IMG/VR virus record: IMGVR_UViG_3300002835_000026 | From: a virus | DNA: 64,000 nt | Direction: 5' to 3' (one strand) | Part shown: piece after piece, positions 42,520 through 50,682 of the stretch | Layout: the number at the start of each line of letters is the position of its first letter | How positions within the stretch are numbered: position 1 is the first letter of the stretch | Program-made: the position numbers and the translations under genes | Notes under the pieces: generated by a model | What the model was told of the DNA's origin: nothing | Databases searched by the model: none | What the model saw: only the letters and a program-made list of their open reading frames with translations

Positions 42520-42551
42520 TTAATATAATTAATTTTTAACTAAAGGCCAAA
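42520..42551 (-). promoter_or_regulatory. Bipartite promoter TTTGG-N19-TATATTAA
   Basis: Conserved motif and spacing upstream of the oxidoreductase. Confidence 0.55.
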
Positions 42552-42556
42552 CTAAG

Positions 42557-42628
42557 GTGGCCCACCTTTTTTAGGGTGGGCCACAGCTCCATAATGTTTT
42601 ATAAAATCGACAGGCTATGAATCTGTCT
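42557..42628. other. GC-rich structured intergenic element (two hairpins)
   Basis: GTGGCCCACC/GGTGGGCCAC 10-bp stem (42557-42584) and GACAG/CTGTC stem (~42609-42627). Confidence 0.55.
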
Positions 42629-42640
42629 GTATGTTATTTA

Positions 42641-43246
42641 TTATTTAAAGAATGACATATTATTATTAACAGCATATAAAAAATCTTGAGAAAATTTATA
42701 AGCTTGTTTAATTCTTTTCCCCATATATTCTTTATCACCCATAGGTTTTCCTTGGTGTACTGAATTGATAAAAGTAATTAACATATTTTTGTCTACTTCT
42801 TCTTCTTTACTTGTTGTATTGATTTTATTTAAATAAGATATAGCTATATCAGGTGTTGTACTTTTTATTGCTTTTACCATAGCATCATATGCTTGTGTAT
42901 TTGACATTTTATTTATATCAGCTGTGTTTCGTTTTGCATATGAAACCGGCATTTCAGTTTTTACAACTTGCTGGATTGATTGTTTTTGGTCTTGAGAAAA
43001 ACCTGGAGATGCTAACAATGATGATAATATAGCAGCAGTCATTAAGCCTTTTTTAGCATATGATTTAATTTTTTCTAATACATCATCAAATACTCCTTCA
43101 TTTAATGTATTAATTATATCATCAGCTATTTTTTGCTCTTCTGGTGATAAAGTAGTTTCTTGAATATCTTCTCTATATTTACTTTCAGTAATAATCCCAG
43201 CAAGTTTTTGCATACGGATAAATTGCTCGTTTAATGGTTGCTTCAT
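42641..43246 (-). CDS. Hypothetical protein with N-terminal RMQKLAGI motif
   Basis: MKQPLNEQFIRMQKLAGIITES. Confidence 0.75.
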   Translation of the reverse strand: MKQPLNEQFIRMQKLAGIITESKYREDIQETTLSPEEQKIADDIINTLNEGVFDDVLEKIKSYAKKGLMTAAILSSLLASPGFSQDQKQSIQQVVKTEMPVSYAKRNTADINKMSNTQAYDAMVKAIKSTTPDIAISYLNKINTTSKEEEVDKNMLITFINSVHQGKPMGDKEYMGKRIKQAYKFSQDFLYAVNNNMSFFK

Positions 43247-43248
43247 TA

Positions 43249-43488
43249 TTATTTAATTTTATTAAGTAATTCTTTATGATACATGTTAACAGCAGTTTCT
43301 AAATTTTTAAGATCAGCATCATCAGCTGTGTTATCTCTTTCAAATTCACGCAATTTGTTTAAATACTGCTTAATAACATTTTTTTGTCCTATGTTTATAG
43401 GACTATCATTTCCGGACATTTCCTCATTTATTTTAATTCCCGCAATTTTTTGCATTTTTATAAATTGCTCATTTAATGGCTCTTTCAT
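43249..43488 (-). CDS. Small hypothetical protein with N-terminal KMQKIAGI motif
   Basis: MKEPLNEQFIKMQKIAGIKINEE. Confidence 0.75.
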   Translation of the reverse strand: MKEPLNEQFIKMQKIAGIKINEEMSGNDSPINIGQKNVIKQYLNKLREFERDNTADDADLKNLETAVNMYHKELLNKIK

Positions 43489-43512
43489 TTTTTATATATT
43501 TTTAATTTTAAA

Positions 43513-44625
43513 TTATATTCCTGCTAGTTTTTGCATTCTAATGAATTCTAAAGATAAAGATTCATTTATTGCTGATGGTGATTTTATATTTTTTACAATA
43601 GAACTTATAGACTCCCAACTTTCTTTAATTAATTCAATTATAGCATATGCTAATAATATATAATGACCAAATTCCCATATCTTTATAAGATCATCTGCGT
43701 AAGGAATATAAGCAGAATATTCTTTTATTTTTTCTTCTACCCAACTCCAAGAAGAGTTAAAAACTCCTGAAATTTCCATAACAGCTGATATAAGTTCTGG
43801 AATAACATGAAATTCCATAGCTTTAGGGCCTCCTATTTTTTCAATAAATTTAGATATTAGTGTTAATATTTTAGAACTTGCCCAAGAACCAGTTATACTT
43901 ACAATACCCATTACTGGATTTAATGCTACTTTTATTATGTTTCCTAACCATGTTTTCCATTTACTATTTTCTTCTGCTTCTAATAAAACATTAGGATTAT
44001 TTAAATGTTCAGTAGTTTGTTTATTAAATATATTTTCTTGAATATTTTTTCCTGCTTCTTCTGCTTTTGTAATAACTGGTTCAACTACTTTGTCGCCAAT
44101 AGCATCAATCATAGTACTTGGGTCTTCTATTTTACCCTTAAAAAAACTATCTATTTTAAGTATGTGATTTATTTCAGCTATTAAATCATCTCTATCTGGG
44201 CCATTTAGTGCTTTTTTAAAGGCTTCTGTTATTTTATTTTTATTTTTTTCTATTAATCCTTTAATTGCTGTTTTTCCTTTTGAAATAAGATCAGTAAAAG
44301 CTTTTTTAATTTGAGCCCAAACTTTTACAACATAATTTTTAATTCCACCAAAAGTAGATTTAACTTTTTCCCATCCTGATCTAAACCAATCTGCTATACC
44401 TTCGTTTACTTGAGATTCAAATAATACTATATTTTTTCTATGAAAACTAGAATGTGATTCAAGATATAAAGATAATGCTTGTTTTTCACCACTAGTAAAA
44501 TAATCATTATTTGGTATAGATTTAATAAATTCTTCTTGAACTATTTTTATAGTCTTAGGTATTAAAGAAAATGAAATTTCCTTTTTTACTTCTTTAATTA
44601 ATTGTTTTAATTCTGATTGTTTCAC
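43513..44625 (-). CDS. Helical, partly hydrophobic hypothetical protein with leader helix and C-terminal RMQKLAGI motif
   Basis: MKQSELKQLIKE...INESLSLEFIRMQKLAGI*. Confidence 0.75.
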   Translation of the reverse strand: MKQSELKQLIKEVKKEISFSLIPKTIKIVQEEFIKSIPNNDYFTSGEKQALSLYLESHSSFHRKNIVLFESQVNEGIADWFRSGWEKVKSTFGGIKNYVVKVWAQIKKAFTDLISKGKTAIKGLIEKNKNKITEAFKKALNGPDRDDLIAEINHILKIDSFFKGKIEDPSTMIDAIGDKVVEPVITKAEEAGKNIQENIFNKQTTEHLNNPNVLLEAEENSKWKTWLGNIIKVALNPVMGIVSITGSWASSKILTLISKFIEKIGGPKAMEFHVIPELISAVMEISGVFNSSWSWVEEKIKEYSAYIPYADDLIKIWEFGHYILLAYAIIELIKESWESISSIVKNIKSPSAINESLSLEFIRMQKLAGI

Positions 44626-44882
44626 GACTTATATATTTTTAATCTTAATGTACCTGTACCTTTTATAGCGCGGTGCCATTCATGTCTTGGTATAAATATT
44701 GGTTGGTTTATAGAAGTCGGCAATTGATTTTCAAGTTGTAATTGCCAATCTGTTTTACCCATTACTTCAACTGTTCTGTCTTCATCATCACGATGCCACA
44801 TTAGTTCAATTGGATCTATATTTTCGTTAAATTCACGAATAATATATTCATCTGTAACTTCTATATCAGTGTATGGTCTCAT
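44622..44882 (-). CDS. Small cupin-like protein
   Basis: WHRDDEDR...IFIPRHEWHRAIKG. Confidence 0.65.
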   Translation of the reverse strand: MRPYTDIEVTDEYIIREFNENIDPIELMWHRDDEDRTVEVMGKTDWQLQLENQLPTSINQPIFIPRHEWHRAIKGTGTLRLKIYKS

Positions 44883-44886
44883 TTAA

Positions 44887-45417
44887 TTATATATTTTTAT
44901 TTATTAGTATATATAATTTATATTCATCATCTCCCCAACTGCCACCTAAAGATTCAACTTTAGTCACATATGGTAATTGTTTCATCATTTTTTCAGCTAA
45001 ACTTTGATATATTCTATCTCGTTTACTATTTCTACTTGTTTCTTCATCTGCCTCATTAGCAGGATGGCATTCTAATGTAAATTCACCATAGCCTTTAAAG
45101 TCAATTTCAATAAATTTTTTTAGAATATCAACAACAGTATTTAATACTGCTATACCGTCTCCTGATTCAGTTTGAGCCCATGGATTTCCTTTATTTAAAC
45201 CAAAACTAACATCTAATATTAAATCATCATTAGTTATATCTTCAGGTTTAGCTTTAGAATTCACTAAAGATATCCAGTAATCTTCATATGAATTATTTAT
45301 AGAAACAAAAATATTGTTTCCTTTTTTATTTATAAAATTATAACGTACACCATCACTTGTTTTTTTAGGACCTGTGAATGAGTAACTTTCTGTTAATAAA
45401 TCAATGAGTTTGATCAT
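44887..45417 (-). CDS. Hypothetical protein (176 aa)
   Basis: Leader MIKLIDLLTES; in operon. Confidence 0.7.
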   Translation of the reverse strand: MIKLIDLLTESYSFTGPKKTSDGVRYNFINKKGNNIFVSINNSYEDYWISLVNSKAKPEDITNDDLILDVSFGLNKGNPWAQTESGDGIAVLNTVVDILKKFIEIDFKGYGEFTLECHPANEADEETSRNSKRDRIYQSLAEKMMKQLPYVTKVESLGGSWGDDEYKLYILINKNI

Positions 45418-46037
45418 TTTCTTTTAGTATCAATCATATCGTAATAAAATGAATCTCCATCTTCAGTTACCCATCTATCAGATTGGTTTTCTACTGATGG
45501 TAATTCAGTGTCTACTTTAAATTGTTTTAAATCTTCAGGTAATTTTTTAGTTACCCAATTTGAATCTTTCCAAAATAATCTATTATTTGGTTGACACATT
45601 AAATATCCATCATCTGCTTTAAATATATGTCCACATTTATAATCTGATGGTTCATCACTATATGGATTATCATACCAATCTACAGTAAACATATAAGTTC
45701 CCCAAACTTTACTTCCGTCTCTTAAAACAATTTGAGCTCTATGATATGATAAAAAATCATATTCTACAACTGATACATTAACTGAAAAACAATCCCATAA
45801 TTGTTTAAAATTAAATGGAATGTCGTTTTCTGGAATTTTAGTATAGATTTCAGATATTGGAACCCTATTTCTAACCATACCATCATCAGTCATAACATGA
45901 AATGTTAATATTTTTCCGGAACATGATTGTAGTCCAAAAACATAAACATTTAAAAATACTTCTGAATCTTTTTTATTTTTAGTGAAATATGATTTACGAA
46001 CTAAAGCTTTAAAACTTGGAATATCCGCGTTTAACAT
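45414..46037 (-). CDS. Phage hypothetical protein (207 aa)
   Basis: QLWDCFS, G.YMFTVDW, KCGH, QPNNR motifs. Confidence 0.75.
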   Translation of the reverse strand: MLNADIPSFKALVRKSYFTKNKKDSEVFLNVYVFGLQSCSGKILTFHVMTDDGMVRNRVPISEIYTKIPENDIPFNFKQLWDCFSVNVSVVEYDFLSYHRAQIVLRDGSKVWGTYMFTVDWYDNPYSDEPSDYKCGHIFKADDGYLMCQPNNRLFWKDSNWVTKKLPEDLKQFKVDTELPSVENQSDRWVTEDGDSFYYDMIDTKRK

Positions 46038-46038
46038 A

Positions 46039-46356
46039 TTATTTTTCTCTAATTAACAATTCGCCTAATACTTCTAAACGACCAACTTCACGTTGGAATT
46101 CATTTTGAGTCATATCTAATGATATTTTTTTATAGGTTTCATCGAATTCTTTTTTAGCTGCTTCTTTATCAAATTTACCTTTTATAGCTTTTTTATAATA
46201 AGATGGTTTCACATTAAAGTGAGTATATGTTAATAAAGCATCGCCGCCTTTTTCTTTAGCATTAGCTATAATTTTTTCAGCACCTGCTAAACGATTTTTA
46301 GCAAATGTTTCAAAACTTTCTTTAGCTTCAGTTAATAATTGAATAAGATTAATCAT
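46039..46356 (-). CDS. Hypothetical protein (105 aa)
   Basis: Leader MINLIQLLTEA. Confidence 0.7.
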   Translation of the reverse strand: MINLIQLLTEAKESFETFAKNRLAGAEKIIANAKEKGGDALLTYTHFNVKPSYYKKAIKGKFDKEAAKKEFDETYKKISLDMTQNEFQREVGRLEVLGELLIREK

Positions 46357-46796
46357 TTTTTTATTTTTTTAAATGGAGCATATCCTGAACCATATGGAGC
46401 TGATTTGCCAGATTGAGGATCTGGAGTTTCTGATATAGTCCAAGTTTTAGCATCATGTGCTTTTTCTTTCAATTTAAATGTAACAACACCACGAATTGAT
46501 TTAATATCTTTTTCTACTTTAGTTACAATATTAGTATTGTCATTTAATCCTTTAGGGAATGGTGATGGATCAATTTTAATATCTAAATAAGCATATTCAT
46601 ATTGTGATGATGGATTACCTGACTGATATTCTCTGTTATTAACAATAGTTACACCTAATACAGCTCTAACATCAGATAAAATGTATTTCATTTTAGCAAC
46701 TTTAGGGTTGATAACAATAACACCACCAATGGCTAATACCTTTTTTGATGAAGCATATTCTTCTTTAATTGCTTTTTTAATTTCTGATAGTTTCAT
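46353..46796 (-). CDS. Hypothetical protein; start likely at MKLSEIKKAIKEE (46796)
   Basis: Leader helix; ferredoxin-like 'ILSDVRAVLGVTIV...IKSIRGV' pattern. Confidence 0.65.
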   Translation of the reverse strand: MKLSEIKKAIKEEYASSKKVLAIGGVIVINPKVAKMKYILSDVRAVLGVTIVNNREYQSGNPSSQYEYAYLDIKIDPSPFPKGLNDNTNIVTKVEKDIKSIRGVVTFKLKEKAHDAKTWTISETPDPQSGKSAPYGSGYAPFKKIKK

Positions 46797-46807
46797 AATT
46801 GTAAGTA

Positions 46808-47455
46808 TTACCAAAAACCGGTAAAAGTAGTTTTAAATCCTAATAAGTTTGCGTAACGAGGTAATCTACATGACCAGTAACGTGCTGTTGTTTTATCTTT
46901 AGCTTGTGGACAATTCATTCTATCTGAAAATGCTTTACGTGCTTTAGGATTGTTTAGTTTTGCTCTTAAAGCTCCACCAGCCATACCAAATGATATTTTT
47001 TTAACTTTATCACCGTCTTTAACATAAACATAGAATTTTTTAGATCCACCACGTTTTGGTTTACCTAATGCTACTTCTTTACCTTGGTATTTAGCTTCAG
47101 TTATTATTTCCATTAATGGTAAATCTAAAGGAACAAATTCGCCTTCATATTTTGCCCACCTGCCAATATCAGTACGTTCAAATATTTTTTTATCTGTACC
47201 TTGTAATTCAATAATACCTTTAGACCATAACATTCTCGCTTCAGTCAATAATTTTTGATGAGCGAAACTGCCTGGGCGATATATATTCTCGGTAAGCTGT
47301 ATTTTACTGTCTATATGGTAACGCATCGCCTCAGATATCGCCATATTGTACTGCTTAGACTCTACGAGTAAAGGCGGTGTATCGCAGTGTTTGCATGAAT
47401 CGGTTACTTTGTAATTTTGCAAAGTTTCTGAGATAAGTTGTTTTAATTTATTCAT
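46808..47455 (-). CDS. Two-domain hypothetical protein with basic Cys-containing C-terminal domain
   Basis: ITE|AKYQGKEV..GKPKRGGSKKFYVYV..KISFG..ARKAFSDRMNC..RYWSC. Confidence 0.75.
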   Translation of the reverse strand: MNKLKQLISETLQNYKVTDSCKHCDTPPLLVESKQYNMAISEAMRYHIDSKIQLTENIYRPGSFAHQKLLTEARMLWSKGIIELQGTDKKIFERTDIGRWAKYEGEFVPLDLPLMEIITEAKYQGKEVALGKPKRGGSKKFYVYVKDGDKVKKISFGMAGGALRAKLNNPKARKAFSDRMNCPQAKDKTTARYWSCRLPRYANLLGFKTTFTGFW

Positions 47456-47458
47456 GAT

Positions 47459-47467
47459 TATAAATAT
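47459..47467 (-). promoter_or_regulatory. Putative late promoter motif ATATTTATA
   Basis: Immediately upstream of the ATG at 47455. Confidence 0.45.
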
Positions 47468-48492
47468 TAAATTGCTTTAGCAGTTGAAAATTGCTTTTTA
47501 GGATAAAATCCAAATCTTGCGTTTTTAATGTCTTGTTGACTCATATTATTTCTAAAAGTGACAGCCATATGTGGTATATATTCTCCAGTTAATTGTTGTG
47601 GATATATAAAATAAGCAGGACTAGTTATTTCAAAATACTCACCTTTATCAATTAATGTTATATTTCCAAAGCATATTAATTCTACTTTATCAATTCCAAA
47701 ATCTTCACCTAAACCGTAAGATGCTTTTAATTTTAAATCATCAGATTTAATATCTCTTTTATAACTGTCTTTATTTTTTAGTTCTCCACCTGATGTTTGC
47801 TTAACAGCATCTATAAAGCTTTTAACCTCATCATTATTACTTAATTTACTCATTCCTGATAATTGTTGAGATTGAATATCTTTATGTTGGATATATAGAT
47901 TTTCATCACCCTTAAATATAAAATCAGCTTGTTTATTACCTGGTATTTTTTCTACTGTAGTAATATTTTTGTATACTTTTTCTCCTACTTTTATATTAAT
48001 ACTTCCACCTTTTTCTTCAATAGCTTTATTTAAATTACTTAATTGATAATCTTCAATATCAGCACCAATAGCTTCCATACCTAATACTAAAATTATATCT
48101 TTTCCTTCAATAGGAAATTGGAATGCAAAATTTCTGCTACTAGGATTTTGGTTATTAGGATTACCTAATTTTGTTGGAGGAAGAATTTTAATATCTTTAG
48201 GATCTATATCAAATATATTAGATATAATATCTATAAATTCATTATTAGTAATATTCCCTATATTTTTTATACGTTTAGGTCTACTATGAGGACCTAATTT
48301 TCCTTTAGCTTCATCTGATGATAAAATAGTTCTTATAACTTGGGGTGTTGTTATTTTATCTTCTTTTAAACTAATACCTAAATTATTTAGTAATGATTCC
48401 ATTAATAAAATATCCTGTTCATTTTTCATGTCAGGATATCCTTTAGGAAATTTATAAGAATATTGTTTTAAAAACTTATCTAATGGATCCAT
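47467..48492 (-). CDS. Hypothetical protein with possible PD-(D/E)xK-like nuclease domain
   Basis: E....L...I...KQADFIF......IQHK..QQLSG resembles a restriction-endonuclease-fold catalytic motif. Confidence 0.55.
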   Translation of the reverse strand: MDPLDKFLKQYSYKFPKGYPDMKNEQDILLMESLLNNLGISLKEDKITTPQVIRTILSSDEAKGKLGPHSRPKRIKNIGNITNNEFIDIISNIFDIDPKDIKILPPTKLGNPNNQNPSSRNFAFQFPIEGKDIILVLGMEAIGADIEDYQLSNLNKAIEEKGGSINIKVGEKVYKNITTVEKIPGNKQADFIFKGDENLYIQHKDIQSQQLSGMSKLSNNDEVKSFIDAVKQTSGGELKNKDSYKRDIKSDDLKLKASYGLGEDFGIDKVELICFGNITLIDKGEYFEITSPAYFIYPQQLTGEYIPHMAVTFRNNMSQQDIKNARFGFYPKKQFSTAKAI

Positions 48493-48782
48493 TATTTTAC
48501 TTCAATTTGCTTCAAATTTGAAAATATTTGAGTTAATAAATTGTCGTCATTTGTTTTAATCATAGCAATCATAGTATCAGCCAATATTTTATTAGCCGCT
48601 ACATTCAAAGGTTTATTACTTTTTACTAAATTAATAGTAGTAGTAAATTTAGAAGGATCAAAACCTTCAACACCTAATTTTTTAAATAAATCTGTTTTGA
48701 TTTGACCTTGAAGTTTTGGTTCTTCAGTAGTGACTTCTAAAATTTGTTCTCTTATTAATTTTTTAAGTTCTGATTTTTTCAT
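48492..48782 (-). CDS. Hypothetical protein (96 aa)
   Basis: Leader MKKSELKKLIREQILE. Confidence 0.7.
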   Translation of the reverse strand: MKKSELKKLIREQILEVTTEEPKLQGQIKTDLFKKLGVEGFDPSKFTTTINLVKSNKPLNVAANKILADTMIAMIKTNDDNLLTQIFSNLKQIEVK

Positions 48783-48793
48783 AATATTAGTAA

Positions 48794-49282
48794 TTAAATT
48801 GTTAAATCAGCAGCTGGAGTTGATTCTTCAGCTGGACCTGGTTCTGTAGCTGCTTCATCACCTGAATCTTTAAATGATGAATTCGCATCTTTTGAAGCTC
48901 CATATGATAATAATCTAGCTATAGATTCTGTTGCCCGCCCTTCGTCTTTTATATCATTTAGCCAATATTTTTTACCTTCTGATTTACAAATCCATGTAAC
49001 ATCATCATATAGTAAGTAAAAGAATTGATTGTTAGCTAATAATATTTTAAATGTTGTTGGTTTAGGTGCTATCCATTGTATTTCACTAACAAAATCTTTA
49101 TATTGAGTTGTTAGTAATTGAATGATAGAATCACGTAATGTAGGGAATTTAGCTAAAATAGGAAACTTATCCAAATCTAAAGAAATATCTGTTTTAGGAA
49201 CATCTAAATCTATTTTAGATTGGGCTTTGTAAACTTGTTTTACAATAGCACGTATTCTATTTTTAAAGTCTTCTTTTACCAT
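48794..49282 (-). CDS. Hypothetical protein (162 aa)
   Basis: In operon; WIAPKPTTFKI.L.N motif. Confidence 0.7.
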   Translation of the reverse strand: MVKEDFKNRIRAIVKQVYKAQSKIDLDVPKTDISLDLDKFPILAKFPTLRDSIIQLLTTQYKDFVSEIQWIAPKPTTFKILLANNQFFYLLYDDVTWICKSEGKKYWLNDIKDEGRATESIARLLSYGASKDANSSFKDSGDEAATEPGPAEESTPAADLTI

Positions 49283-50682
49283 TAGTTTTTATTTTCTTTA
49301 TTCCAGTCTGATAAACTCATCATGCCTACTTCAGTATCATAATCATCATAATAATTATTTTTTACTCGTTGACCTATTTTTTGAGCTTCAGCTTTTGAAT
49401 TTAAAGTATGTCTTAATTTTTTACCGGTTTTATCTACATTAATCCATACTACCCACTTTTCACCTTCTGCTGCTTCTTCTTTAACCATTGGTTTTTTAAG
49501 TTTAGCCATTATTTTTTCAGATAATGTTGAGTTTGTTAAAGATTTAACTTCATCCATGTTCTGTGCATTTACAGCGTTAAAAACTTCTTGACCATATTTT
49601 GACACTACTTCTTTCTCAGACTTTCCAGCATCAATCATTTTTTTAGCCGCAGCAATATCCTGTTTAAATTGTGTTGGTTTAGATGATTTAACTCTATATT
49701 TTTCTTGTGCAGGAGTAACTTCATTCATTGGTTCATCCATTGCTGGAATAATATCTTCGTAATCCTGCATTGACAATGTTTCTTTACTTTTATTGATTTC
49801 AATAGCTTTTTCAGCCACATCATGTAAATCCATATCCGCTTTAGCGTCTTCACGAGCAAATTCTAACATACGAATAAATAAAGGTACATCCATAGTAACT
49901 GTATCTACTGCATCTTTAGCTTCTGCTTCTTCTTCGTTAACTTCTTCTTTAACTAAACCACCTTTAAGGATAGTCATAATAGATGAGTAAGCATCATCAA
50001 TACTATAATCATAGTATTTAGCTACACCTTTAACAAATTGTTCTACTTTTTTTCTTAATTCAGGATTAATACTACCTCCAGTAACAAACATTTGAGCTTT
50101 TTCTTCTTGAATCATAGCATCTAAAGCTGGTTGTTTATCTTCAAATTCTAAATAATGTTTAGCTTTATCCATATAATCAGCAGCTAGATGGATTTTTTCT
50201 TGCCACCAATCAGGGAAATCAACTTCTTGATCCATTTGATCATATTTATCTAGCATTTTATATAAACTAGCGGCATATTTAGCTATACGATAAACAGATG
50301 CTTTTAACATATCTGGTTCATCATCTTGATGGCCTAAATCAATATCTTCTTTTGTAGCTTTTTTAATGATTGATTTTTGCAATTCATCAGGTAATGATTT
50401 TTGACCACCTTTTAAAGCAGGATCAGTATCAAACTCTTTTGAAAATTTTTCATCTACAGGACTCATAAGAGTCTTTTTAATCATTTCACGTACTTTATCT
50501 TTATTCATGTTTTCTGCTGTTTTTTTAGCTATATTAGTAGCACGTCCATACATCACTTTTTCAGCATCTTTACCATAGCGTTTAACTAATGATGATTTTG
50601 CGGTTTTAAGTTGCTTAATAACTTCCTCACGTTTTTTTAATTCATTAGGAGTTAATGTTTTTTCAGTGATACTTTGTTTCAT
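49282..50682 (-). CDS. Mosaic hypothetical protein (466 aa)
   Basis: Short segments (VMYGRAT; GHQDDEPDM..FPDWWQEKI; TMDVPLFIRMLEFARED) separated by x-x-E sites. Confidence 0.75.
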   Translation of the reverse strand: MKQSITEKTLTPNELKKREEVIKQLKTAKSSLVKRYGKDAEKVMYGRATNIAKKTAENMNKDKVREMIKKTLMSPVDEKFSKEFDTDPALKGGQKSLPDELQKSIIKKATKEDIDLGHQDDEPDMLKASVYRIAKYAASLYKMLDKYDQMDQEVDFPDWWQEKIHLAADYMDKAKHYLEFEDKQPALDAMIQEEKAQMFVTGGSINPELRKKVEQFVKGVAKYYDYSIDDAYSSIMTILKGGLVKEEVNEEEAEAKDAVDTVTMDVPLFIRMLEFAREDAKADMDLHDVAEKAIEINKSKETLSMQDYEDIIPAMDEPMNEVTPAQEKYRVKSSKPTQFKQDIAAAKKMIDAGKSEKEVVSKYGQEVFNAVNAQNMDEVKSLTNSTLSEKIMAKLKKPMVKEEAAEGEKWVVWINVDKTGKKLRHTLNSKAEAQKIGQRVKNNYYDDYDTEVGMMSLSDWNKENKN

